DNA of 64,000 bases from Akkermansia muciniphila. Its GTDB lineage: Bacteria > Verrucomicrobiota > Verrucomicrobiia > Limisphaerales > UBA9464. The notes below the pieces were generated by a model. The model worked only from the letters and a program-made list of their open reading frames with translations. It did no database searches and had not been told where the DNA came from. Each line of letters opens with the position of its first letter. Position 1 is the first letter of the stretch. The position numbers and the translations under genes are program-made. The stretch lies in NCBI GenBank assembly GCA_945893185.1, contig CAMDDW010000006.1:13495-77494 (forward strand). Direction: 5' to 3'. This document shows, in pieces, positions 45,787 to 55,006 of this stretch.

Positions 45787-48477
45787 TCACTCCGAACCCC
45801 GAACACGAAAAAATCGTGCCCCCAGATCGACAGAAACACTCACCCGAGAAGTACCCTCCTGAGGCTGGGCGGCGACCTCTTGGACCAGCTCGAAGGGCTT
45901 CAGGAGATCCTGCGAAGCTTCCAGTTGGTAGCGCTGCCCTGCCAAGGCCGTCCATTGAATTTGCACACGCCCTTCCGGTTCTAAAGCGGCTTTCAACTCC
46001 AGCGCTGGTGCCTCCGGTAAGCGGATGGATACCCCTGAAAAAACAGGGTTTTCTCCCGCGGCCATAGGGCCTGTCGTGCCAATGAAGCCGGCATCAAACC
46101 TCCGAATCTTCGTGCCGGTGCCCACCTCCAACCCGACCCCGGCGGCGATGCGCAGCGTCTGCCCGTGGCGCAAACCACCTAGTCGGCTGCGGGGGATCGC
46201 TATCTGGATGGCGTCGGCACTGCTCACCCCCGGTGTCACCACGCCGCGCACCGAATCCGGATTCCAGGCTCGGATCCGAATGTCCGGCACCGAACTCAGC
46301 GCCGCATCCAAACGGAACACCCCCTGCCCCAGCGCCACCTCCGAGCGCGGGCGTCGAAACCGGCGATCCTGCTGCTGAGCCAGCACATCACTCACGACAA
46401 TTCCTATCGAAGGTCGAAACCCCTCGGCGAAGCTCACGCCCTCGGCGAGATCCAACCCATCGACTCCTTGTGCAGCGGAGTCCTCGGCCAGATCGCGCCG
46501 CCCGTCGCCCAATCCCGCCAAGGACGACACACCCGGCAAACCGGGCACCTCGAGAAACAAGCACACATCCGAACCCTGGGAAAACGCCAGACCCTCGAGG
46601 CTGAGATACAAGTGGGTGCTGTCCATCATCACCCGAAGCTGACCCAAATTGCTGGAGCGCCCGGTGAGCGACCCAATGGCGGGAGCTCGCGACATCCCAT
46701 GGACTTCCCAAGAGGGCGTCTGCGGGGGCAAATCCACCTCCGGAGTCCCCAACGCGGCTGCGGCCACAAGCACCGCCTCGGGCCGACGCCGAATCACTGA
46801 TTGATCCTCCACCTTCCCCTCCTGGTTCACGCAACGGACGGTCAACGTATCGCCCTCAAAGCGCAGTTGAGTAAAGTGATACACCACCCGGAAGGCCGAC
46901 TGGAATGCGGAGACTTCGCGGAGCCCGTACAAGACCGCTCCGCCACCGCCGGTGACAATTGAGGTCATGCCCTCGACGGGAATGAGTCGTTCGTAATTGT
47001 GGTCATGCCCAGAAAGGTACAATTGAACCCCATGCCGTTGGGCGATCGGCAGCAGCACCTCGGCAAATTCCCCGCCATCCGGACGCCCGTTGTAGTTGGA
47101 GTCATCGATCCGGTGGGCTGAGGAGGTTTCCCACGGGATATGGGCCAAGAGCACCTTCCAAGGCTTCTGCGAGGCGGCCAGGTCCTGATCGAGCCATCGC
47201 GCCTGCGGACTGTTGGTGCGCATGTGGTATTGGCTCAAAAAGGGTTGAAACAACACCGCGAAGTGAACATCGCCTGCATCGAAGGAGTAATACGCCTGGG
47301 GCACAGTGTTTTCGGACACATGCTCCCCATTTGGAGTGTTATTGGTGGGTGACCCGAAGACCTCCACCAGCGGCGCATAGCCGTAGTATAAATCATGATT
47401 TCCCCACGTGAACGCTGAAGCACGAGTCCGCATCCAGGGTCGTTGAACACTCAAGAAACGCAGATCGGCCAAGGATGGTGAGAAACCCGGGTACACCATA
47501 TCGCCGGCGTGCAAGACCAAGTCGGCCTCGGACCGCATCATCTGGGCTACGACGGCGTGCGGGGAAAAGTCTCCCCAACCGGAATCACCCACTACCTGAA
47601 CGGTCAACGGGCCTGCTGCGGGCAAGGTCTGGAAGGCGATTGGCGCCGTCGCGCCACCCTCGCCTTGCTTACCCAAGATCACCCGATATTGATACCGGGT
47701 TCCGGGACGCAACCCCTCCAAGCGCACCACATGGTTTGTACCCTCGGGGCCCGTCACCGCGGCTTCTTGGATCGACTCCGTCCCATATTCTACCCGAATG
47801 GACCGCGGCCACGGCGTCACGCAGCGGATCTCCGCACGATTGGAGGACACATTCTGCAGGTAAGGAGCCCGAGAGAAATTGGCCAGTATCTCGCCGGTAA
47901 AAACAGGCCAGCGAGAATACACCCCGTCCGCGTGCAACTGGAGGGTCACCCAATTGGTTCCCGGGCCAATCCATCCCTCAGCCGAGCCCATCGGAATCAA
48001 CTCCGGGCTCCCTGAACCGCGCGGACTTGGGATCGCAGTGAACGGCACCGGAGTCCCCGGCTCTCCGGTGAATCCACGTCGCACCCACTCTCGACCATTC
48101 AAGCTCAGCACGAAGCCGCCTGAATAGTCCACACGCAGGGAGAGCCACCGCACGTCGGCCCCCTCCGGAACCACGAATGCACGCCGCAAGAGCACGCGTT
48201 CCCAGCCGTTGGTGTTAGGGAACCGGGTCGATTCTCCATAATTGCTCGTCCCAAACCCACCGGGCCCCTCCGACCAACCCGTCGCGTCAAAGCCGAGAGT
48301 TTGCCAGTTCGCCGGAGCCTCGGCCAGGGATCCCGCGGCCAAGAACCTCCACCGATCGGAGAGCCCCACCAATGCGACATCATCACCCGCCCTCGTTGTC
48401 CCCGCCAACAGGCAGAGCACCCAGAACCCGAAGCAACGAGCCCACTTCAACATAATCCGAAAGGCTACCCGCCCCAC
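45787..48477 (-). CDS. secreted metallophosphoesterase (purple-acid-phosphatase-like) with large N- and C-terminal accessory domains
   Basis: 896 aa. Calcineurin-like motifs: VVGDSGWG, LHAGDMVY, WGNHD, GHDHNYER. PAP N-terminal-like RPGTRYQYRV. Signal peptide. Confidence 0.85.
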   Translation of the reverse strand: MGRVAFRIMLKWARCFGFWVLCLLAGTTRAGDDVALVGLSDRWRFLAAGSLAEAPANWQTLGFDATGWSEGPGGFGTSNYGESTRFPNTNGWERVLLRRAFVVPEGADVRWLSLRVDYSGGFVLSLNGREWVRRGFTGEPGTPVPFTAIPSPRGSGSPELIPMGSAEGWIGPGTNWVTLQLHADGVYSRWPVFTGEILANFSRAPYLQNVSSNRAEIRCVTPWPRSIRVEYGTESIQEAAVTGPEGTNHVVRLEGLRPGTRYQYRVILGKQGEGGATAPIAFQTLPAAGPLTVQVVGDSGWGDFSPHAVVAQMMRSEADLVLHAGDMVYPGFSPSLADLRFLSVQRPWMRTRASAFTWGNHDLYYGYAPLVEVFGSPTNNTPNGEHVSENTVPQAYYSFDAGDVHFAVLFQPFLSQYHMRTNSPQARWLDQDLAASQKPWKVLLAHIPWETSSAHRIDDSNYNGRPDGGEFAEVLLPIAQRHGVQLYLSGHDHNYERLIPVEGMTSIVTGGGGAVLYGLREVSAFQSAFRVVYHFTQLRFEGDTLTVRCVNQEGKVEDQSVIRRRPEAVLVAAAALGTPEVDLPPQTPSWEVHGMSRAPAIGSLTGRSSNLGQLRVMMDSTHLYLSLEGLAFSQGSDVCLFLEVPGLPGVSSLAGLGDGRRDLAEDSAAQGVDGLDLAEGVSFAEGFRPSIGIVVSDVLAQQQDRRFRRPRSEVALGQGVFRLDAALSSVPDIRIRAWNPDSVRGVVTPGVSSADAIQIAIPRSRLGGLRHGQTLRIAAGVGLEVGTGTKIRRFDAGFIGTTGPMAAGENPVFSGVSIRLPEAPALELKAALEPEGRVQIQWTALAGQRYQLEASQDLLKPFELVQEVAAQPQEGTSRVSVSVDLGARFFRVRGSE

Positions 48478-48654
48478 GCCGCCTCGAGAACACCAAAACG
48501 CCAGAACCGTTCAGCCTTACTGGCAGGAAAGAAAAAACTTAATTCGTGAAAGGTTTTAGCCGATGCCGACGAAAACCCTCATGACGCCTGAAACGGGCCC
48601 ACGGCAACCGACGCCCCAGGCCTTCAGAAAAACCAACCACAGCAACTTCAAACC

Positions 48655-49431
48655 ATGCACAACCATCGCCACCTCCACCGCTACTGCCTCTCCCTGATGC
48701 TCACCCTCCTGGCAACCACGCTGACCACGTCGGAGGCCTACGCCGCCAAAAGCTCCTCCGCCAAACCCAAACCCAAACCGGGAGCCACAGGGCTTGAGAA
48801 GCTTGAGAAAGTAGCGAGCATATTTCAAGTTCTGTATAATGTTGGATCTAAGACTGTAGATAGCGCTAACGATTACGCAATATATACAGCAAGCGCACAA
48901 CTTGAAAGGTATAGTGAAAGACTGGATTCTTGGGATCATGACACCAAAGAATCCATTGAAAGGGTCCATTGGGTTGACCAAAACGACGGAACATCCAAGT
49001 ATATTACAAGATTTTACAAAAATGACAAACGAACGGATAGAACGAGTACAGAAGCTTTCCCGCACGGATGGGGAAACTGCACGAACAATTGTGGAATCAT
49101 TTCAAGTAAAGACGGCACGATCGTAGGTGGAGAGAGAACTGCGGTTTATCCAACCAAATTCAGATTAATAACAACACTCGATCGAACACCTCAGTCCACT
49201 GTGCACCTACGTGACCCCATTCCAGTTTGGTATGTTTTCCAATTCTGCAGTCCATCACCTACTAATGCTTGTGGAGTACTTTTCGATAGTACGTTACCAA
49301 TCAAGAGCATGGGTTTTGAAGGCAGAGCGTTCAGAAACCGCGCATCGAATCAGGTGCTTGATTATCCAATTTCAAATTCATTTAGCCAGTCGGGTGAACC
49401 ATTGGTCTTCGTCACGGTTTCAGATGAATAA
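48655..49431 (+). CDS. hypothetical secreted protein (orphan), first gene of the AT-rich island
   Basis: 258 aa. Signal peptide LSLMLTLLATTLTTSEAYA, then a K/P-rich linker. The mature part has 4 Cys and no motif I recognise. The 5-prime part (about 135 nt) is GC-rich and the rest is AT-rich. Confidence 0.6.
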   Translation: MHNHRHLHRYCLSLMLTLLATTLTTSEAYAAKSSSAKPKPKPGATGLEKLEKVASIFQVLYNVGSKTVDSANDYAIYTASAQLERYSERLDSWDHDTKESIERVHWVDQNDGTSKYITRFYKNDKRTDRTSTEAFPHGWGNCTNNCGIISSKDGTIVGGERTAVYPTKFRLITTLDRTPQSTVHLRDPIPVWYVFQFCSPSPTNACGVLFDSTLPIKSMGFEGRAFRNRASNQVLDYPISNSFSQSGEPLVFVTVSDE

Positions 49432-49472
49432 AATATAAATAAACCACCCCCTCAAACTGATAGGATTCATTG

Positions 49473-50156
49473 ATGAAATTTTACGTTGCATCGTTGCTAT
49501 TTGGAATCTTACTCTTGATCTTTATTTTAAACTTAAGGAACCACGTTTCCATAAGTGATCCAGCAAAAATAGTAACACCAACTATTGCTCAAGAGCTTTC
49601 TCCAGATCCCAAAAATAACCTTACGCTTCAGCGCTCCAACCATCTGAAACAACTTCACGAATCAAAGAACGGCGAGACGGTACAGCTAATAGATCTAAAA
49701 AATATGGTCAAGGCTGCACATCCGGCCGCAGAACAATTGGCTGATTTATTGTTGGAAAGCGGTTTTACTCAGCAAGAAGCAGCACAAATTTTCGTGAGTG
49801 TTCATAATGACCTCGGGAGGATACGGCAGATTGAAGATATGGTGGCGACGGATTGGACTGAAATAACAGCAGGGATTGCAAAGCTTGAGCAGCGTACGGA
49901 TCTTACTGAAGCGCGCAAAAGACAAGAATATTATTCAGAGTCTTCTAGGTTAAGTTTTTTGAACATTGATATGCGAGGGGAACAGTCCAAGATACGAGAA
50001 AGGTTGTTAGAAACTGTAGGTGTACCCCGCAGTGCAGAAATAGATTTATTTCGAACCCAGTTACTTTCCATATTTCCGCGCGGTCCATTGCCCGATACGG
50101 TAATTCAAGAACTTGAGAATACCACCCGAAATCTGATTAAACGCGACTCACCGTAA
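49473..50156 (+). CDS. hypothetical single-pass membrane protein (orphan), paralogue of the next gene
   Basis: ATG at 49473. N-terminal TM FYVASLLFGILLLIFIL, then a predicted helical, charged ectodomain. AT-rich codon usage unlike the rest of the window. Confidence 0.6.
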   Translation: MKFYVASLLFGILLLIFILNLRNHVSISDPAKIVTPTIAQELSPDPKNNLTLQRSNHLKQLHESKNGETVQLIDLKNMVKAAHPAAEQLADLLLESGFTQQEAAQIFVSVHNDLGRIRQIEDMVATDWTEITAGIAKLEQRTDLTEARKRQEYYSESSRLSFLNIDMRGEQSKIRERLLETVGVPRSAEIDLFRTQLLSIFPRGPLPDTVIQELENTTRNLIKRDSP

Positions 50157-50272
50157 TTATCATAAAAACCAGTAACCGGAACTTATGTTTTATTTTCTGG
50201 CTCCGAGAAAAGATATATATATTATCGCTCCCCCTTCAGAAGACTCTACTGAAAACCCTTAAATAAGCATTT

Positions 50273-50997
50273 ATGAAACGCTTTCCTTACGTATTGCTAC
50301 TGTTTGTTGGGCTTTTAATTTTAGCGTTGTGGGTGCTTATCGGGTTACGATCGAAGCAACAGGATCCCGAAGTAGCCAATATTTCGCCGCCTCAAGCGAC
50401 TACGCAAACTGTAGAGACCACAAAGGCACCGCCGCCCTCATTCCGCGATCTGATTCCGCTACCAGAAGAGGGAGCAAACCGGTCTGGTACTGGAACTCGA
50501 AAAGTCTACCAAAGGTTAGTTCCATTCCGCCCCAAATCTGAACTACCTCAAGTCTTGCACGGTAACCTGCATGCTCAACAGTTGTTAATCGTATTAGAGG
50601 AAGCACAAGTCAACCCAGCCATCATCCAATTAGAGTTCAAGAATATTTATAACAACCTAGGTTCCATCAAAGATTTACAAGTGCGCATCGCTGAAAGCAT
50701 GGTTGAGCTGCATGGAAGAATCGGGAATATTATGCGAACGAACAGCAAAGACACCGATGCGATAGATCGTGAATTGAGAGGTTTGGATACTGCTGAGTGG
50801 AGTAGTACCAATCTGATGGCGATCTGATCGAAGAACACCGCCAGGCAATCCTTTCTGCACTCGCCGGAACGAAGATTGCGTCTGACCCTGAACTCCAAAA
50901 GAAGCTCTTTGACATCAAAGTGCGTTTGAACCTGTCGCCTGAGGCCAGTGAGTTCATGAAATCCTACAGTCCTATTATCACAACGCAGGCCCCGTGA
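50273..50997 (+). pseudogene. paralogue of 49473..50156 interrupted by a -1 frameshift near 50824
   Basis: ORF 50273..50827 (N-terminal TM VLLLFVGLLILALWVLIGL) stops at the TGA at 50825-50827. Reading from 50824 in the -1 frame gives LIEEHRQAILSALAGTKIASDPELQKKLFDIKVRLNLSPEASEFMKSYSPIITTQAP, ending at 50997. This tail aligns with the C-terminus of the upstream paralogue (IRERLLETVGVPRSAEIDLFRTQLLSI). Confidence 0.5.
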
Positions 50998-51013
50998 TGG
51001 AGGCACTGAATCG

Positions 51014-51046
51014 GCCTGAAGTCCGTCGAAGGGAGGGACTTCAGGC
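51014..51046 (+). terminator. 10-bp perfect hairpin at the right edge of the AT-rich island (weak U-tract)
   Basis: gcctgaagtc (51014-51023) pairs with gacttcaggc (51037-51046), loop 13 nt, followed by ttgaac. Confidence 0.3.
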
Positions 51047-51558
51047 TTGAACATAGAGTCTCCGATGCTGTTACCCGAGCCCGCAGGGTTCGGTTTGCCT
51101 GACCGATAGGTGAACGATCCATAGCAGGCGGAGAGTTCTAGGGCTGGACGGGAATCTCAAAAACAACACCTGCCAGCGGGGGAGGACCAAATCCACACCG
51201 GAGATTCCCGGGATTCGGTGACCAAAACGAGTGATCCGCCAAGCCGCCGGGGAGTGAGCTCCATGCTTGCTCCTCGGCAAGACTCCGAATCGGCTGCAAA
51301 TCGACGCGTTGAACGCATTTAAAAAGCCCCTCGATGACCATTCGGCGCTAGCTCGTAGGCCAGCAGATGGACAAACAGGTAGGGGAACAGGTAGGGGAAA
51401 ATAAAACCCAAGAATCTTGAACGGGAAGCCCGGCAGCAGGGGCCCTTTAGCGCTCGGCAAATCCTCGAGGCCTTCCCGCAGGCCGAGCTTGATGATTTCG
51501 GCGACCAACACGGCTCCGCCCCCGGAAACCAGTGAACTCGTGGTCACCTGGCTGCCTT

Positions 51559-51588
51559 CCATCCGCCATTGCCACATCCGCCATTGCC
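51559..51588. repeat. perfect 15-bp tandem duplication 43 bp upstream of the dehydrogenase gene start
   Basis: catccgccattgcca at 51559-51573 and again at 51574-51588. Confidence 0.8.
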
Positions 51589-51630
51589 AGTTGCAGGAAA
51601 GACTCCTTGGCCATCAAGTTCGTCTACTCC

Positions 51631-54600
51631 ATGGCCCTCACTCGTCTCGGCTCTATCTGCGCTCTGACCCTCGGCATGCTCTTGGCGGGCGCCGCCGACT
51701 TTCCGTCGCCTTTCAACTCCGAGCCCGATACGAATTCGGCCGCGATGCCCGCCGCCCAGGTCGCAGCTGAGATGAAGCTGCCGCCGGGCTTTAAGGCCAC
51801 GGTGTTTGCCGCCGAGCCCGACGTACAAAATCCCATCGCGCTCGCCTGGGATGCGCGCGGCAGGCTTTGGGTCGCAGAAAACTACACCTACGCCGAGCGG
51901 GCGCGTAAATTTGAACTGAGCCTGCGCGACCGAATTCTGCTCTTCGAGGACAAGGACGGGGATGGGCATTTCGATTCGCGCCGGGTTTTTACCGACGATG
52001 TCCAGATGCTTACGAGCATCGAGATCGGGCGCGGCGGGGTGTGGATGATGTGCCCACCGCAACTGACGTTCATTCCCACGGCAAACGGCGGCGATGCGCC
52101 GACCGGTCCCGCAGAGGTCGTGCTCGATGGCTTCACGCCTCCGACTGAGAACTATCATAACTACGCCAATGGTCTGCGTTTCGGACCGGATGGCTGGCTC
52201 TATGGGCGATGCGGTGCTTCGGCTCCCGGCGAAATTGGTGCCCCCGGAACACCGAAGAACCGACGCATTCCCCTGCGCGGTACGCTCTGGCGCTATCATC
52301 CCGTTCGGAAGGTCTTCGAGGCCCTCAGTTCCGGGTGCACCAACCCGTGGGGACACGACTGGGATGCGCACGGAGAGCTGTTCTTCATCAATACCGTCAA
52401 TGGCCATCTCTGGCATGGCATCACCGGGGCGCACTACGTACGACCTCACACATTGGACCCCAATCCACGGGTCTACACGCTCATCGACCAGCACGCCGAC
52501 CACTGGCACTTCGACACGGCGAGCGACTGGACCAAGTCACGAGATGGCGCGGCCGACGCTTTCGGCGGTGGGCATGCTCACATCGGCATGATGATCTACC
52601 AGGGCGACGACTGGCCTGCCGAGTATCGCGGCCGGCTCTTCACGCTGAACATGCACGGCCGGCGTGCGAACCAAGAAATCCTCGAACGCCGAGGCTCCGG
52701 CTATGTGGGCAAACACGGCCCGGATTTTTTACGCGCCACAGACAACTGGTTTCGCGGCATGGAACTGACCTACGGCCCGGACGGCGGCGTGTATGTGGCC
52801 GACTGGAGCGACACCGGCGAGTGCCACGACAGCACCGGTGTGCACCGCACGAGCGGACGGATCTACAAGATCACCCACGGCGGGAACGAGGGTTCTGTCA
52901 ACGGTTCAGCGTCATTGACCGGAGACGTCGCCGTGAAGGCGCGACGCCCGGCCGACCTCACCACGCTCTCTGTCCACGAACTCGTTCTCTTGCACACGCA
53001 CGCCAACGAGTGGTTCCCCCGGCAAGCTCGCCTGCAACTCCTAGACCGAGCGAGAAACCCCGCTGACTTGCGATCCGCTAAGAGGGATCTGAGGTCCCTG
53101 TTCGACTCCGAAAAGAATGCGATCCATCAACTCCGCGCCTTGTGGTCGCTGCATGCACTCGGTGCCACGGATGAAGCCTTCCTCATCACCTTACTGCGCC
53201 ATCCCGACGAACACCTGCGCACCTGGGCCGTGCGCTTGATGACCGACGACAGGGCACTGGACAAGGTCGTCGAAGTGGCATCGTCCGACCCGGTTCGGAG
53301 GATCACTTCATCCCCCGGCCTAGCACGCTTGCTGGCGCAACAGGCCCGCACAGAAACCTCTGGCCTGGTCCGGCTCGCCTTGGCCTCCACACTTCAACGC
53401 CTGTCCATCGAAGAACGGATTCCCCTCGCCGCTGCGCTCGTCGCCCACCGGGAGGACGCCGCCGACCACAATTTGCCGGCTCTCATTTGGTACGGGCTCA
53501 TTCCCGTGGCCGATTCATTCCCAGGCGAACTACCCAAGCTCGCCAACGTCTGTGAACTCCCGCTGACCCGCCGGCTTATCGCTCGCCGTCTTGCCGAGGA
53601 CCTCGAGAGGCAACCTGCCCCCGTGAACTCTCTGATCCTCCTCGCATCCGCCAAGGGAGAAGGGTTCCAATCCGACATTCTTTCGGGACTTGCCGACGGA
53701 CTTGCCGGCTGGCGAAAAGCCACAAAGCCGAAGGCTTGGGATGCCTTCTCCCAGCAAATAAAGAATTCAACGAATACATCCATTCGCGAACGAACCAGAG
53801 ATCTGAGCCTCGTCTTCGGTGATGGCCGCGCCCTCGATGAGCTCAAGCGTATCGCGCTTGGGAAGGATGCGGATATGAGCGCCCGCAAGGCCGCGCTGCA
53901 AACCCTCATCGAGAGCCGCCCGCCGGATTTGCGTGCGGTTTGCGAACAACTTCTGGGTGTGCGTTTCCTCAACACCATCGCCGTGCGTGGACTCGCTCAA
54001 TTCAATGACCCGTCCATCGGTGTCACGCTGGCCAAAAGCTACCGCAGCTTCCATCCCAGCGAGCAGCCCGCTGTCATGGACACGCTGGTCACCCGCCCCA
54101 TTTTTGCAAAAGCGATGCTGGAGGAACTGGCTGCCGGACGCATCCCGCTGGCCCAGGTCACGGCGTTTCACGCCCGGCAAATCCGAAGTCTTAACGACCC
54201 AGAGTTAAACAGGCTCTTGACCACGGTTTGGGGCGAGTTGCGCGAGGCGTCCGCCGACAAACGAGCGCTAGTGACGCGATTTAAAACGCAGTTCAGCCCG
54301 AGCGTGCTCGCTGGGGCCAACAAGAGCGCGGGCCGTGCCCTGTTCAACCAGGCCTGTGCCGCCTGCCACCGACTCTACGGTCAGGGCGGCGAGATCGGGC
54401 CAGACCTCACTGGTTCGGGCCGCGACAACCTGGACTATCTCCTGGAGAACATCGTGGATCCCGGCGGAGTGGTGACAGCGGACTTCCGCATGACGGTGGT
54501 AAACCTCAAGGACGGCCGCACGTTGAATGCACTCATCGCCGCGAAGACCGACCGCACGCTCACCCTCAAGTCGATGACCGACACCCTCACCGTCCAACGC

Positions 54601-54741
54601 GATGAGGTGACTTCCATGCAAGAATCGGAGCTCTCGCTCATGCCGGACGGACTTTTGGAATCGTTCACCCTCCAGCAGCAGCGCGACATCCTTGCCTATC
54701 TGATGCACCCATCGCAGGTACCCTTACCGAGTGGCCCGTGA
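51631..54741 (+). CDS. PVC-type membrane-bound-dehydrogenase-domain / HEAT-repeat / CxxCH heme-binding protein (fused form)
   Basis: Start at the ATG at 51631 (signal peptide MALTRLGSICALTLGMLLAGA). N-terminal propeller-like domain: LPPGFKATVFAAEPDVQNPIALAWDARGRLWVAE. Central HEAT-like repeats. C-terminal heme domain: CAACHRLYGQGGEIGPDLTG...SLMPDGLLE...QQRDILAYL. Confidence 0.9.
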   Translation: MALTRLGSICALTLGMLLAGAADFPSPFNSEPDTNSAAMPAAQVAAEMKLPPGFKATVFAAEPDVQNPIALAWDARGRLWVAENYTYAERARKFELSLRDRILLFEDKDGDGHFDSRRVFTDDVQMLTSIEIGRGGVWMMCPPQLTFIPTANGGDAPTGPAEVVLDGFTPPTENYHNYANGLRFGPDGWLYGRCGASAPGEIGAPGTPKNRRIPLRGTLWRYHPVRKVFEALSSGCTNPWGHDWDAHGELFFINTVNGHLWHGITGAHYVRPHTLDPNPRVYTLIDQHADHWHFDTASDWTKSRDGAADAFGGGHAHIGMMIYQGDDWPAEYRGRLFTLNMHGRRANQEILERRGSGYVGKHGPDFLRATDNWFRGMELTYGPDGGVYVADWSDTGECHDSTGVHRTSGRIYKITHGGNEGSVNGSASLTGDVAVKARRPADLTTLSVHELVLLHTHANEWFPRQARLQLLDRARNPADLRSAKRDLRSLFDSEKNAIHQLRALWSLHALGATDEAFLITLLRHPDEHLRTWAVRLMTDDRALDKVVEVASSDPVRRITSSPGLARLLAQQARTETSGLVRLALASTLQRLSIEERIPLAAALVAHREDAADHNLPALIWYGLIPVADSFPGELPKLANVCELPLTRRLIARRLAEDLERQPAPVNSLILLASAKGEGFQSDILSGLADGLAGWRKATKPKAWDAFSQQIKNSTNTSIRERTRDLSLVFGDGRALDELKRIALGKDADMSARKAALQTLIESRPPDLRAVCEQLLGVRFLNTIAVRGLAQFNDPSIGVTLAKSYRSFHPSEQPAVMDTLVTRPIFAKAMLEELAAGRIPLAQVTAFHARQIRSLNDPELNRLLTTVWGELREASADKRALVTRFKTQFSPSVLAGANKSAGRALFNQACAACHRLYGQGGEIGPDLTGSGRDNLDYLLENIVDPGGVVTADFRMTVVNLKDGRTLNALIAAKTDRTLTLKSMTDTLTVQRDEVTSMQESELSLMPDGLLESFTLQQQRDILAYLMHPSQVPLPSGP

Positions 54742-54838
54742 GTCTCTGAAGCTCTCACGAGAGGATGTCTGGCGGCGGAGACTTCGGTCGAAGGGTAACA
54801 GGAACGATTCGTCGTTTGACGGATGCAACCAATCTCCG
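54640..54838. repeat. direct repeat copy 1 (gene 3-prime end plus about 97 bp downstream)
   Basis: Aligns with 54905-55104. The first roughly 115 nt are near-identical with a few substitutions, the middle roughly 35 nt are diverged, and the last 51 nt are identical (tcgaagggtaacaggaacgattcgtcgtttgacggatgcaaccaatctccg). Confidence 0.85.
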
Positions 54839-54904
54839 AGGACCATAGGGGTCAGTTCTTGATATTGTTAACTACCCGCGCAGCTTCCTCCGGCGATACA
54901 AGTG

Positions 54905-55006
54905 ATGCCGGACGGACTTTTGGAATCGTTCACCACCGAGCAGCAGCGCGACATCCTTGCCTATCTGATGCACCCATCGCAGGTACCGTTGCCCAGTGGC
55001 CCATGA
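54905..55006 (+). pseudogene. relic C-terminal fragment (33 codons) of a PVC heme-binding protein
   Basis: In frame it reads MPDGLLESFTTEQQRDILAYLMHPSQVPLPSGP-stop. This nearly matches the last 33 residues of 51631..54741 (MPDGLLESFTLQQQRDILAYLMHPSQVPLPSGP). No upstream coding continuation. Confidence 0.65.

Noticed and set aside
48556-49065. 169-aa minus-strand ORF in the AT-rich island.
   Set aside because: It is antisense to the better-supported secreted-protein gene, which has a signal peptide and sensible boundaries, and its composition is implausible.
51071-51577. 168-aa minus-strand ORF, and the 117-aa plus-strand ORF at 51417-51770, in the region upstream of the heme-protein gene.
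   Set aside because: There are no motifs, the two overlap each other, and the translations are low-complexity. The region is treated as non-coding with low confidence.
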